A stretch of 64,000 nt of DNA, counting the filler, from Perkinsus olseni (taxonomy: Eukaryota), in assembly GCA_013115125.1 (NCBI GenBank). It is 17 parts of 17 records of this genome, joined end to end, with 100 filler letters (N's around TTAATTAATTAA, not from the genome) between each part and the next. Parts side by side here need not be neighbours in the genome. Positions count along the whole stretch, not along the records: positions 34,423 to 38,102 come from JABANN010001363.1; positions 38,203 to 41,860 come from JABANN010001364.1; positions 41,961 to 45,600 come from JABANN010001365.1; positions 45,701 to 49,339 come from JABANN010001366.1; 13 more parts are not named here. One strand, 5' to 3'. The translations under genes and the position numbers were made by a program. A model generated the notes under the pieces. That model was not told the DNA's origin. It did not search any database and was given only the letters and a program-made list of their open reading frames with translations. Of this stretch, positions 36,190 to 49,439 are shown in pieces; position 1 is the stretch's first letter; each line of letters begins with the position of its first letter.

Positions 36190-37638
36190 TCAATGATACA
36201 TTTGATTGTATGTATATTGATAGAAATAGTTAAATACTGGTACATGTACTGCAGTAGCTGATAGCCCAACCCAGAATAATGTCAATGCATGATGTAGACC
36301 AGATGGCATTGAAGCAAAGAACCATCTTAGAGCATTAGCCATAGCTGGATCTCTCTTCGACATCTGTATACATCTACTACTAGGTTGGCGCCATTTAAGG
36401 AAGCTCTCAATACCGCATACCATATATTGCGATATAAAGAATACATTCCATGATATGAATGATTCATAACGATTAACAGCGGGTAAGAAAGATGTAAATG
36501 GTATCCAATGTGCAGCACTTGATACAATAAATGTAGCTAAAGATGCAAAGTTCTTGGAGAATCCCAATACATGGTAAAGAGGATGGTATACATGTCTATA
36601 TAGGACACGTTGAAATGGTGTATTCCACAATCTCCAGAATACACCCACTTCGTCAGCAATCCAGAAATTCTGACAATATGGTTCCAATCTGTATCCTATT
36701 AACTTGAAGGTAAAATCCATACCATCCGATATAGCAGTGAATAGATTTACACTTGCTACTGCAAGTGCCATAGCTGCGATGTATTTGCCAACGCTTATAC
36801 CAATGTATGGTGATAGTGTAATGAATATACTTGAAGCTATATGATTGTAGATACTATAAGATACTATGCTATGACCAATACAATTCATCAACGATTCACT
36901 GTCAAAAGTCAAAGTAGGTACTCTTTCAGTACGTTTAGTAACACCCTGATAGGTAAGCATATGTACCTGAATAAATATACAACATAATTGTTGTACCGAT
37001 GATAATGATGACAATAGACGAATAATACTAATGATAATGAAGAGTATTATTACTATTCTATCCATTGGGAACCTCTCCATATCAATGCCATCAGCTGTCT
37101 TTGTACTGCAATCAGTAGTAGCGGGTGAATCAGCTGTCTTTATACCATCAAATGCGTAATCAACATATCGCCATATCTCACAACAGTATAAATGAAAGAA
37201 CATGAATATTCTCTCAGCTGTCGATAGAGCATCCGTAGGAGCCATCCATGGTACCTGAATATTATAACAACACTCGGGTAATGATACTGTTAACAATACT
37301 AGTGCTGGAATTGTTATTATTACCAGTAACAAAATTAGTACGTAGGTGAAAGCCAGTTTAGGGTATCTAACAGATGCTAGTGAAACTATAATCAATTGAA
37401 TATAGACGCTTAGGAGCATTGACGATACTGGTAATAGCATGATTATATCTTGTAACCCTTGTAGCGCAGTATTATAGAATAATAACATCATATCGTAGAA
37501 AGACGATGATGAAGGTGATAGCTTGGCAGCAGCCTCTGCTACTTCAGGCAGTATGGCAATCATCGTCATCAACAACAACAACAAAGCTGGAGAGGTACTT
37601 AATAGATCTGGCCGAGGAGCCTTATCATGAGGCAGCAT
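36190..37638 (-). CDS. MBOAT-family acyltransferase (DGAT1/sterol O-acyltransferase-like), 482 aa, intronless
   Basis: Multi-pass hydrophobic ORF with FWRLWNTPFQRVLYRHVYHP and TFIVSSAAHW (catalytic His position). Confidence 0.85.
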   Translation of the reverse strand: MLPHDKAPRPDLLSTSPALLLLLMTMIAILPEVAEAAAKLSPSSSSFYDMMLLFYNTALQGLQDIIMLLPVSSMLLSVYIQLIIVSLASVRYPKLAFTYVLILLLVIITIPALVLLTVSLPECCYNIQVPWMAPTDALSTAERIFMFFHLYCCEIWRYVDYAFDGIKTADSPATTDCSTKTADGIDMERFPMDRIVIILFIIISIIRLLSSLSSVQQLCCIFIQVHMLTYQGVTKRTERVPTLTFDSESLMNCIGHSIVSYSIYNHIASSIFITLSPYIGISVGKYIAAMALAVASVNLFTAISDGMDFTFKLIGYRLEPYCQNFWIADEVGVFWRLWNTPFQRVLYRHVYHPLYHVLGFSKNFASLATFIVSSAAHWIPFTSFLPAVNRYESFISWNVFFISQYMVCGIESFLKWRQPSSRCIQMSKRDPAMANALRWFFASMPSGLHHALTLFWVGLSATAVHVPVFNYFYQYTYNQMYH

Positions 37639-38355
37639 GTCAATTTACCAATTTCACTAATTTCGATTTAAAGACCGTCGGTCTCGACGGATGCAATACA
37701 ATTGGAGGGGCCTGAACAGCGCCTTAAACGTGATCACAACCTCCATCAAGTTCCTGAAGTTCCAGCTTGAATTAAGAGGAGCGTTCTCGGAATCTAACGC
37801 TGAATTCCGCTCGCCCGGCTGGGCAAATTCGCGGGCAAAGTACATTACGGGCAACGACACTGTGAACAGAATCTAAGGGGCAAAGTACAAAATCCAAGGC
37901 ACCTGACCAAAATCCAAGGCGCTGTCCCAGGTGACAGCGCGGGGCGAGCGAAATGTGCTCCTTGTCTTTTGGCCTGTGCGCGTTTTGACGACCGTAGCGT
38001 TGCGTTGCTGGTCGTCACGCAACCACGCACTCCCATATGGTCTAGCGCCTCAACGTGGCGTGGGGGTGATACTCATTCGGAGTATGCGAAGCTAGACCGA
38101 CTNNNNNNNNNNNNNNNNNNNNNNNNNNNNNNNNNNNNNNNNNNNNTTAATTAATTAANNNNNNNNNNNNNNNNNNNNNNNNNNNNNNNNNNNNNNNNNN
38201 NNTTGGGGGGCGAATTTAGGGCGAGCGAGATCAGCCTGTCGTACAGTATTGGGGTCGTACAAAATTGGGGGATTCACGGGGCTCACACCTTTCCCAGAGC
38301 AGGCAAACTGAAGGACATAGTAGTCCTTTCTTTTCAGTTTTACTGTGTCCAGTCG

Positions 38356-41349
38356 ATGAAGCATTCCGAGACGCCCGGACCGAACAGGTCTAAGAGCCCC
38401 GAGCCTAAGAGGTTCAAGGGCGACTATCAAAGTCCATTGAAACCAGGGGAAGCGCTTCAATTCGAACTGCAAGGTGGTACTCTACTGGTCTCGGGGGTTG
38501 TGGAAATTGATTTCACTCTTTACGAAAAAAGCGTGTACGTTTCACCAGTAGGGGAGTATCATTCGGACGGGTTATGAACGTGAAAGAAACCAGATTTCAA
38601 CTTATACGATATTATTGCAGTTGGCCACTTCATTAACGAGATCTGAGGGAGCAACGCTCGGCCCCTGCGATCCTATTATAGTTCTCAGGCACTGACGGAC
38701 GAGCTCGAGCTGGTGTGGTTCATCTGCCGCACGGCCCAGTTAAGACTCCAGTGTTCATGCCAGTCGGAACCTACGGTAAGACTAATATTCATAATATGAA
38801 TTTCATGTATATTTATGAGAAGTCAATATTGAAGTTTTGCTTGGATGGTTAAGGCTCGATGATTGATGATAACGGGCTATACGGGATTTGCTTGATGATG
38901 AACGTTTCACTCGCGACTCCTATAATCTACCGTGTCACTTTTATGATTCCGTTTCCACTCAGAAACGGGGGGTCAATGAAAATTTTTTAATAATGCTTAT
39001 ATTTTATTGGGGATCCGATCAATTCTGATTTACTGTGCGCTTCAATAATTTTTCCATGCCATGTTTTCCGATGTATGAATGACTTTTCCCTTCAATATCG
39101 CTTCTGCCACTGCGTTCTTCATGCAAGGAGCTCATAGAAGGATAAATTCAAAATTTGAGGAGAAACGATTCGGCGCAGTCAAGCAAGTCTCGCGCTGCAC
39201 AGATTGCGCGTACTGGACATGAGTTAAGTGTTGTGCTTATGGTCAGACGTGCTGTTTTGGGTAGCCCATTGGTGGGTATATAAAAAGGATATGATGATCT
39301 CATTTGTTTGCCTTGTGCCGCGATGATGATTTTGAAGTTGTTAGGATTTCTTCCCGAGGACTTTCATACCGTGCTTGCTTCCCATCGTGTCTTATTGAGT
39401 CAATAAGACACGATGTGAAGAATAACATCGTGAATAACATCGTCATAATATCTCTGATAACTCGTCCACGATAGAAAACGTCAATAATATTGACGTTTTC
39501 TGGGATAAGGCCCGTTTGTGTTTTCGAAGGTACTATCAAGGGTCTGCTGTCGGAGGAGGTGGATGAGCTCGGGCCAGAGATCATTCTAGCTAATACATAC
39601 CATTTGGGAACTAGTCCTGGCGCTGGAGTCTTGCAGAAAGTTGGTGGACTACATGAGTAATATGGGCCTAGTGTGAGGTTATATGGTATAGTGGAAGAGC
39701 TGCAAGCTTTGATCGAGGAGGGCGAAGGATCTATCCCCGGCAAACGCCTTTTACGCGCGTTAACCGCATGTTATGTCGAAATTAGCGATCTTAATGGCGA
39801 CAGAACTGCCGAGCATCCTTCGAGAATTTGCCGCGAAGGGTGGAAGTCTGGTCTGAGCTTCAAGCGACGTCATCGTAGAGGGGTCTTGGTTATCAGATAC
39901 ATGCATTGGCCCAGGAATCTTCTGACGGACTCTGGTGGATTCCAAATGGTTAGCTTGTTGAAGCTGCTGTCTATCAGCGAAGAAGGGGTACACTTTCAGA
40001 ACCCTAGGACTAAAGGTGGGTGAGCCGACCTATTCTGCATCTGACGCGCTCAACCTTAAGATATGCTCTGGGTTTCCTTTAGAAATGATGATGCTGACCC
40101 CTGAGGAGTCGATGGGGATTCAAAACTCGATCGGGGCGGATATCATGATGGCCTTGGACGATGTCGTCAGTAGCACTTACGAGGACCGCGACCGAATGAA
40201 GGTGAGGATCTTAAGTTGACCCTTGCAGGATACGGAATATGTCAAGTTCTGCTCTGTCTCAGGACGCCGTAGAGAGGACTATTCGCTGGCTGGATCGTTG
40301 CATTGCTGCTCATAAACGACCAGAAGAGCAGAACCTCTTCGGCATCGTCCAAGGCGGCCTCGACCGGGAACTTCGGAGCTGGTGCCTTGCCGAGATCAAG
40401 GTAAGAGGCTCTGACTGACTCCAATCTTATCACGGCGCACTAGCCCCGAAATTCTGGCCGCTAGTGTAATTCAATTTGGTCAGCACGAATAAAGTAAATA
40501 TTTTCGATAATTATTATGGGTAAATATCGCATGAGAAATTACACCCTAGCTCGGTAGATCTTGGGAAAGCGCCCCGTTCAATACCGGCAAGCTCCTGCTT
40601 TCAGAAACGCAAGCTGCCGGGCTATGCCATCGGTGGTCTCAGTGGAGGCGAAGCGAAGGAGTCCTTCTGGCAAGTCGTAGAGCAGTGCACCGCCCAACCT
40701 GAAGGTTCGATCCCTCTCTCGGTCCAGTCGGCGATCTCGTCTTTCAGGGCTGCCAGCCGATCGTCCGCGATACCTCATGGGCGTCGGATACACGCTTGAT
40801 ATCATCTGCTGCGTTGCCCTAGGAGTTGATATGTTTGACTGTGTGTATCCGACACGTAAGCCCTTCTGCTTCGCTCCGCTAAGATATACTGCATTTTTAG
40901 GTACTGCAAGGTTCGGTACCGCGCTTGTTCGGTCAGGCCAGATGCGGTTGAATCGATCTGACTATCGTCTCGACCTCAAACCTATCGACCCCGAGTGCTC
41001 ATGTCCCACATGCAAGAATGGCTACACGCGAGCGTATCTTCATTCCATCGCCGCCAAGGAGCCCGTCTGTGCTAAGCTCATCACTGTACATAATATCCAT
41101 TATATGCTGACCTTACTCCGAGAATGTCGAGCTGCTATTCTCGACAAAAGATTCTCTCAATTTGTCCGCGATTTCCTTGCTCAGATGTATCCTAGTAATT
41201 CTTCTATTTGCCCTCCCGGGTGGTGTCGTCGTTGTCTTTCAAAGGCGGGCATTGACATAACTGATATGTATGATTGGTCTGCTTGCACTGAAGGTCGGGA
41301 TATGCCCGTCTCAGAAATCACTGCGAAGGCTGCTGTTGATCATCAGTGA
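38356..41349 (+). CDS. QTRT1: queuine tRNA-ribosyltransferase catalytic subunit, ~9 exons
   Basis: [14 protein letters not shown] (38689-38775), [75 protein letters not shown] zinc site; GT-AG introns. Confidence 0.96.
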
Positions 41350-41399
41350 CCACTACGTCGTTTCTCTCGAAGTGGTCGGGCTTGTGTTGAGTATATTGG

Positions 41400-41735
41400 T
41401 AGCAAAGAAATCGAGTTTCTGGTGGATTAGATAACTAAACGAAAGTCGTTTACAGTGGTTCTTGAGTTATAACTACAGTAATTCTAGTATTTTGAATCGT
41501 CAGTTTGTCAATAAGAGTATCACTATTAATCTGATTAGCCACAGCAACGTCTTGAACACAACTGAACTCTGCCAGGAGAAAAGGAAGCTTCTCTGGTTGA
41601 ATGTACCCCTAAGGGAAGCTTTCCGACGAACTGTCTCATTGCACTGCATGTCAATGCTACAGGGAGTCCCCAACTCAGCACATCAACAAGAGTCCGAGCC
41701 GGAACCGTAAGCGTTGGACTATAAACTCACACGCA
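41400..41735 (+). mobile_element. probable 5'-truncated LINE 3' end
   Basis: Shares CAACTCAGCACATCAACAAGAGTCCGAGCCGGAA with ~45250-45282 and CGTTGGACTATAAACTCACAC with the reverse strand of ~44730-44752; followed by CA-rich and (CAA)n tracts. Confidence 0.5.
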
Positions 41736-41791
41736 CTCCCCGTGTAATGCGCGTATGAGAATCCAACTTTCAACACAACACTTGCTGCTGC

Positions 41792-41859
<68 letters not shown>

Positions 41860-42318
41860 CNNNNNNNNNNNNNNNNNNNNNNNNNNNNNNNNNNNNNNNN
41901 NNNNTTAATTAATTAANNNNNNNNNNNNNNNNNNNNNNNNNNNNNNNNNNNNNNNNNNNNGTATCCTGAACGTTGACGGCACAGCCCAACGATGAAGGTT
42001 GTTAACGTAAAGGGCGCCCGGCTGATGTGTATGCTTCTTTAAAGAGGATTTTGAAATAGGCCCCAGGTCTCTTCTATACCACCACACTCTTTACCACCGC
42101 TGCCGCCGGTAGCGTTGCTGGCGCCTGGATCAGTGTTGCTTCCGAAAGCAACACGAAACTGAAAGTTCTGCGTGCAGGATAGCTTACCCGCGCGCAGAAC
42201 TTTCTATCCCGGATAGAGATTCCCGTTTCAGATTCGCACACCCAACCTCGCTCGCCTTGTCGAACTTGATGATTCCGTTGTCGTTGAGATGGCTCTTCTG
42301 CACAAGTACCGACACTGT

Positions 42319-42983
42319 GGGCCTCTTTCACTAACCCCTTACTTAACTTAGAACAGTAAAAAACTTAAGAAACTAAGGTAAGGTCGTTTCACTAAGGGGA
42401 TGAGAAGCGGTAAGTTCACTAAAGTCCCTCAGGCTCACCCTTAAGTTAAGAATCCTTAAGATCTTACGTTAGTTTCTTAAGCGCGGTAAGTAAGGAAGTT
42501 GGTTCGTTTCACTAAGGCACGTTCTTAAGGACATACTGAAGATTTCGGTAAGGCTCCGAGCCTTAGGCTCGACCGATAAGCTTTACCCCGGCCTTACCCC
42601 CCGAAAGTGAGTGAAAGTGCATTACTACGCTCCGCTGAGAACTATACCCCCCGGTTTCTAGGCCGCGTCAGTACGAATGCCCCAAGATACGATTTTACAG
42701 TGTTTCCCTGACTTGCGCTTTTTCGATCAAAAAAATTCGATAGGATCTTTGCGCAGCGCGGGGATTCAGATTCGCGCACAACATCTATCTCAAGTCGTCG
42801 ACTACATCTTAAAATCACGCTTAGTCCGAACTTAAGATCTTACTTAACGTCGTTCTTAAGGTTAGACCCCTTACACTTAAGGCTCAGGGATTTGTGAAAC
42901 GTTCTTAGAGTTTTCTTAAGTTTGTGAGGTGAGGTCTCTAGCCTTAAGATTCGTCATTCTTAAGGGGTTAGTGAAAGAGGCCC
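42319..42983. mobile_element. 665-bp MITE, PIF/Harbinger-like
   Basis: Perfect 23-bp TIR GGGCCTCTTTCACTAACCCCTTA, 3-bp flanking duplication TGT, non-coding interior rich in CTTAAG. Confidence 0.88.
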
Positions 42984-43215
42984 TGTGTGTGTCACACACA
43001 CCAGCGATGTGCGTCGAGGGCGGTTCAAGTCTTGAACTTCAAGAGAAGGCTGGGTCGTGCGAGTGTCGGACCGATACTATCGGCAGTTAACCGGTTTACG
43101 GTGAGTAAGTCCTGATAATATTCATTAATAGGGTTGAAGAATGCGAGATGGCGTCTCGGAGATGCTCTTCTTTGGTTCTGCAATTCAATCGCTAACCCAG
43201 TTGCTTTTTCTCATA

Positions 43216-43467
43216 ATGACCGTCCGCAGCTTCGTCCTTCTCGTCTGCATCGCCCAGGCCCTCGCGACGGATGAGAGGACCCCGCCGTTGCCTTTCGAAT
43301 GCGACCAGTACTGTGACTTCTACGAGCCGGGTTCCTACTGCAAACACTGGCAGCATGTTCCTGTTTGCTTCAAGATCGATATCCCCTGTTACTGCAGCGA
43401 CCTGCCCACCAGTCAAAAGCCCGTGCTTCCCACTGAGGAGCCTGCCAGCACTACCACTGAGGTGTGA
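43216..43467 (+). CDS. secreted Cys-rich protein, first exon (copy 1)
   Basis: Signal-peptide-like MTVRSFVLLVCIAQALA; CDQYC..GSYCKHWQ..PVC..C.C module; Thr/Pro/Glu stalk; probable donor GAG/GTGTGA. Confidence 0.75.
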   Translation: MTVRSFVLLVCIAQALATDERTPPLPFECDQYCDFYEPGSYCKHWQHVPVCFKIDIPCYCSDLPTSQKPVLPTEEPASTTTEV

Positions 43468-44714
43468 AAGACTATAATAATCTTGTGGATCACAGAACTC
43501 TCATTGACTCCTGCGTGCGATTGGTCATTCAAGTGGGTTCGTGAACTGATTCGATGTTGGGTTGAGATGCGGGAATGGAACTGGCTCCCGTTGCTGCGAA
43601 GATTGACGGGAAGATCGATAACCTAGGTCCATAACTCACGGACCATCCTGCGACCCCAACTAACTGGCGAAGATCAACCTCTTCGAGAATTACCCGCCTT
43701 TTTTGTGTCTGCTATTGTATGCAGCGCCCTGACACCCGTGAGCATACTCAGCAACGATGCTGCTCGTCAACGCTTGTTCGCTCTTTCTTAGAACGGTGTT
43801 TAGTGATTCACTCTGGGACTGCTGTCACCTGTAAATGGAAGCGAGCGCCATTAATTCTTTGCCTTTGACTTGTGCCGGGTAACTGGGGTCTTGTTCTCCC
43901 TAGACTGGGCCGTCCGTTGTAAGACCGATTGCACGAAGGAGGTTGTCGCGCTGACTTCTCAACCAACTCATTACTTGCAACACTATTAGGACTCTGTTAC
44001 TCATTATGCGCCGATCGTCCTGTGTATGCGTGCATAGCTGATTCCCTCGAGAGAACAAGCTTGCGGAAGTAGAAGACTTTATACTCCTTCTCGCCTTGCG
44101 TTGACTATGAGCAACAACAGAGAAGCAACAGACTCCTTATGTAGGAGGTCCCCGAGCACCTCCCCGTATCAGTAAATCACATAGCGTTCGTTGCTTGAAC
44201 TGCCCTCAAAGATACACCCGAGTACGGCCAACCTACATTTCTATTATCGATATTCATGATAGTATTATTTGCTCCGCCCGTCCTCTTCGCGCAACCCACG
44301 AGGCTCTTCTTAAAGACAGATCCTTTGCGGAGGAGGAATTTCACTGTTCTCTTCTCGACTTCGTGGATGAAAGAGTCTACCCGGAATGATCTTGCACGAA
44401 AAATGTACTTGGCCGGAAAAATTTTCACGCTCTAGGCTACTTTTTACCGTAAAAATGTAGCGAATTCTACGAGGTTCGAAAGCGGATAAGTTTGTGTCTT
44501 TGTCCTCCGGGTGTGCGCAGCACTGACAACGCAAGTAATGGAATTGGAGCACATCAAAGGAATGATCAATGCCGTGGTACAGCAGGCCTGGTAAACTCCC
44601 GTCTAAGAGCTCGGAAACCTCTGTTTTGTATGCTGAGCACCTGACCAAGGAAAGGCGAACAAAGACTGTCAGGAGGCTGAAGGGCCCGAATTTACAGGCG
44701 ATTGTGATGGGTGA

Positions 44715-45308
44715 AGTGTGACGGGTGTTTGTGTGAGTTTTAAGTCCAACGTCCTAAACCGGCCTAGTCAGACTAGCACTGATGTATCTTGTTTCAAGAG
44801 AGATGAGTTGAGGCGAGTTCATTGAGCACAGATAGTAACGCTCAGGCAGAGGATAGGACAGCCCTAAGATACTTTCTCTCCTCCCGGCAGGATTCGCTTC
44901 CACAACTAGGGTGGCTGTGAACTACTACGAACACTAGCTCTTCCCACAGTGTGTCGACCACAAGCATCATCTCTCGAAAAGTCCATATCCCACCACTTGA
45001 CCTCCCTCATGCCGAGGCTAACACTCTCAATGGCAACCTTAACAGGCGCTCATTAGGACTCCCTAGAATGAGATGGGTGGAAAGGCACTGGACGGAATTA
45101 TAGTGGATCAGTTGGGTTACCCCGAACAAACGCTGACTAGCCTGAGAAACTCTAAAGAACTGTTAAAATGGCCTCGTCCGGTGCCCAAGATCAGAACAGA
45201 ACTGGCATCACCCCAGCGTTGTGCATATCAACGCCACAGAGAGTTCTCAACTGAGCACATCGGCAAGAGTCTAAGCCGGAATCGGCCTCAGATTAATAAC
45301 TCACACAC
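44715..45308. mobile_element. two back-to-back truncated LINE-like 3' ends (~44715-45000 minus, ~45030-45308 plus)
   Basis: Both are homologous to 41400-41735 and both end in AACTCACAC(AC). Confidence 0.45.
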
Positions 45309-45482
45309 ACCAGCGTTGTGCGTCGCAGGTGATTCAAGGGAAGGCTCGATCGTGTGAGTGTCGCTAGCTAAACGGCCTGGGGTGCGCTAGTCAAGATGAA
45401 GTATGTTCAAAACGTCAGCTAAAAAGAGATGCTTTTCTATTCTTCCGCCATTTAAACTAACCGTCAGTTTTCTTTTCACATA

Positions 45483-45600
45483 ATGACCGTCCGCAGCTTC
45501 GTCCTTCTCGTCTGCATCGCCCAGGCTCTCGCGACGGATGAGAGGACCCCGCCGTTGCCTTTCGAATGCGACCAGTACTGTGACTTCTACGAGCCGGGTT
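45483..45600 (+). CDS. secreted Cys-rich protein copy 2, truncated by contig end
   Basis: Nearly identical in nucleotide sequence to 43216-43333. Confidence 0.75.
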
Positions 45601-45700
45601 NNNNNNNNNNNNNNNNNNNNNNNNNNNNNNNNNNNNNNNNNNNNTTAATTAATTAANNNNNNNNNNNNNNNNNNNNNNNNNNNNNNNNNNNNNNNNNNNN

Positions 45701-48700
45701 CATGCATCGCGCACTAATACGACCTCCATCGCAACACAATGAATGCCTAACTCGAGATCGCACGTCTAGCGGCGTTGCTGCGAGTGTGCCTAGATCTCCA
45801 ACTTGAAAGGAGGAGACCTGGCGGTGGTGGTTCATACCCAGTCGGTGGAAAACATTGTTCTCCCGGTAAATGGCCAGAGTGTTCTCGATGTTGGTCTTGA
45901 GATCCTTCAAGAAACCACTTGGGTCGTCCTCGCAGAGCTTCTGGAAACCATCTTCATGACGTAGGCTGTTAACCAATGCACCCCAGTCATCTCGAGGTAG
46001 TTGCCCGAAGACCAGCTGATAAGGACTGATCTTCTCACGGAAGGTCGGGAACCGGTTATGTACTCGGGCGGCAACAGTCAACGCCTCTGGCCATGATGCC
46101 GACCCGGACTGGGAGATAACCTGACGGACACACCGCTTCAGCTCTTGATGGGCTCGCTCACATTTGCCATTCATGCGAGCCAAGTAGGGCAGAGAAGTCT
46201 TCTCCTCGATCTGGGCTCGGGCCTTCCAAGCCCTGACCACTTCAGCCACGAAGGCCCCGTCACGATCATGTAATATAGTACGGGGTAGATCGAAGTCCAT
46301 TCCCCAATACTTCAGCAGAGTCGCCACGAACTCGCCTCCGCACCGCGTCCTTGTGGCAGCGAAGCGGACGTACCCAGTGCAGAGATCCATGATCGTTAGG
46401 CTGAACCGGAACTGCCCCACCGAAGACACCTCGTAGGGACCAGTATAGTCCACGCTGATGGCCTCGAAGCGACCAGGGTAGCGGCGAAGGCTGAACTTCC
46501 CAAGACTGCGGTTAGTGCGGGCCGTCTCCACTTGGCAGGTGTGGCATTTACTCGTCCATGTCCGGCAGCAAGTTTCCATCGACGGCCACCAACAACGTTG
46601 ACGGAGTAGACACTTCATCATTGCCGGGGAGGGGTGACCAGTGGCTACACGCGAGTGAACCAGCCAGCATAGGTACTCACGAATAGGAACAGTCTTGATC
46701 TCATTCTCAATCTCGACACTAATGGTGCCCACCGGTATCACCACTAACCACCGAGGCAGGTGAGTAACCGGCTCAAGGGAGCTCATCATTAGACAATGGT
46801 CGAAGAGGAGGAAGCGATCCAGCCAGTCGGGTACCACCGTGGTGGGGTCATCCTTAACCGTCACCAATTGGTAGATCTCAGACACCGTCTTGCCCAGGAA
46901 CTTGGTCTGGTCATCTCGAGGTTGGGCTACTCGACAGGCTTCTTGGATAGGACCAACCAACGCAGGTGGAGCCCAGTCGCAGTCGGACAAGAAACCGGCG
47001 TCGGGCTCCCCCGACTCGGCAACCGTTTGAAGACATTGCTCCGTCTGTACCGCCTCATCATCTCGGTTCAACAAGTGGTTGGTGAGCCTGCTGAGCGCAT
47101 CAGCTAGGCCGTTCTCCACTCCCTTCACATGCTTGAAGCAGATGGACTTGAAGATCAGCATATCACTTGTCGAGTTGAACCAGCGAAGCCAACGTTGTCC
47201 TCGTTGCAAAGACGGTAACAGCCGCTCGCCCTTCTCCATGGTGGCCCACTTGTACAAGCTACCAGTGTTGTCAGTCAAGACGTATGTGGTCGTCCTTGAG
47301 GATATCAACCACGGTCGGAAGCGACAAAGGGCGACGTAGACCGCGTAACCTTCTCGATCCCAAGAGGGCCAGCTCCGAGAGGCTGAATCAAGCACCTTGG
47401 AACCCCACATGAGTAGACTACCGGACTTAGCCAAGGTGTCGGCAGAGACGTCCTCATCGACGTTGATCGACCACAGACAGAAACCAATAGCCACGTCACT
47501 GGCGTCGGCCTGTATCACATAACGTCTAGTGGTACTGGGTGCCGTCTCCTCGACAGAGTGGAAAGGCAGAAACCGCTGTTTGAACCGTAGCCGGAGGCGA
47601 TCATAGGCGACGTCCGCTTCCGGTGTCCACTTGAGCCTACCCGAACCCTTGAGTAAGTCGTTGAGAGCTCCCATGTCCTCGGAGAACTCGGAAGGCACAC
47701 GGACATAGTGGTAGGCGGTCCTGCAGTATTGGAGTAGGCCAATAAGAGACCTCAAGTCGTCTCGGGTAGTAGGCTTGGACTCCGTCATCTCCTGCAACTT
47801 GTCGATCTTGTCTTGAGACACCGACCAACCTCCCGGAGTGAGCTCCATGCCAAGGGCCGCCAGCCTTCGCCCAGCCTTCACCACCTTCTCCAACGAGACC
47901 GCCACTCCACAGTCCTGGAAGAACTTCAGTAGCTCCTGTACCTTCTGGTTCACCTCGTGCTCCGAGCGACCAAAGATGATGAGGTCGTCGACGTACACCC
48001 TCACGCAGCTGACATCGATACCACCTCGCCGAAGTAAAGCCGTTATCCAGGAGCTCCAGAAACTCGGACTTAGTGCTAACCCCTGAGGAGCCCGATTCCA
48101 TCGAACGTATCGATGACCGAACCGAGTGATGAGGTACCTCTTGCTGGAGTCGACCAGGCGCACGTTGAAGAATGCGTCGCGTAGGTCGATGGACGCAAAG
48201 AAGCTGGCGTCAGAGGGGATGGATGAGAGCAGAGACATCACATCTGGGCTGACCTCGTTGCAGTCACTGGTGTCCAACCGAAGATTAACCTTCCGGAGGT
48301 CGACGATGAATCTCCACTTCTGAGTGCCCTTCGGGATGGCGAAGCCATGGGAAACCCAGGGTTCGGGCCCCATCAAGTACTGAGCCTGTAGGTCAATGTC
48401 CTCCACGATACCACGGCTAACAAGGTCGTCCAGTATCTTGTTGCCAGCGTCGAGAGCCTCTTGGCGCATGGGAATATAGACGGCCGTCAGCGGTGGGTTC
48501 TCACGGGTCACTCTCAGTTCCAACTCAGGTAGTGAATCTGTAGAGAACGTCCTCAGGACCTGCCCGACCCACTTGTCTGAGTTGAGGTTACCACCCAGCT
48601 CCAGCCTGACCTGACCGTCGACTAAGTGGAGGTTGAGACCGATCTTGTGGAGGCTGTCAAGACCCAGTAGTAAGGGAGACTGGCCATCAATAACTCGAGC

Positions 48701-49339
48701 CCAGATGTCGAAGGCCTTGGAGACGGTACGGCACCGAACCTTGAGTAGTCCTCGAACTAGTGACTCGTGTCCGCCAATACCCTTGCACCGCTCTTGACAG
48801 GGTTGAACTCGGTCCTTCTGCGACGAGTCGAGCATGTCAATGCCGATGTAAGACACCGTAGCACAGGTGTCAATGTAGACATCCATGACCCTAGAGTCTA
48901 CCGTTAAGGAGACCCAAAGCAACCTTGAGGTGTCGGTGACCACCTTATCCATCCCGCAAGTGGAGGAGTGGATGTGTTGGACTCTAGCCTGAGTAACTCC
49001 GGTTCTCAACGCACGTAGAACCTCGTGCACCGACTCCCCCGACTCAGAGTAGAAGTCGGATGAGTCTGAACTCGTCGGGCTATCGACGGGTTCACTACCG
49101 GTAGGGTCATCTAGGGTCTCGTGGTCAATCTCTTGAACTCGGGGAGAGTTGTTAGGCTCCCCCGACCCACCAAGGTTACCATTGTCGATGGTCTGGGTGG
49201 CGTGAACACGATGCTCGGTCACAGTCTTATAATTGTCCGGAGCCCTTGCCGCTGCAGCCCTTCTCGACCGAAGTGTCCGAGTAGCCGGTGCACTGGTCTC
49301 CCTCGACCGGTCCTGTTGCCCTCGTACCGCGGCCTTGGT
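45701..49339 (-). mobile_element. Ty3/Gypsy gag-pol region: protease, RT, RNase H, integrase
   Basis: IDTCATVSYI, DLRDAF, APQG, YVDD, ADAS, TDN, HVKGVENGLADALSR, H..H/CHTC, D-D-E (VDY, HDRD, CER); frame open to both contig ends. Confidence 0.93.
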
Positions 49340-49439
49340 NNNNNNNNNNNNNNNNNNNNNNNNNNNNNNNNNNNNNNNNNNNNTTAATTAATTAANNNNN
49401 NNNNNNNNNNNNNNNNNNNNNNNNNNNNNNNNNNNNNNN

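Noticed and set aside
44100-44650. Possible decayed pol remnant (LEHIKGMIN)
   Set aside because: A single weak motif amid stops; not supportable.
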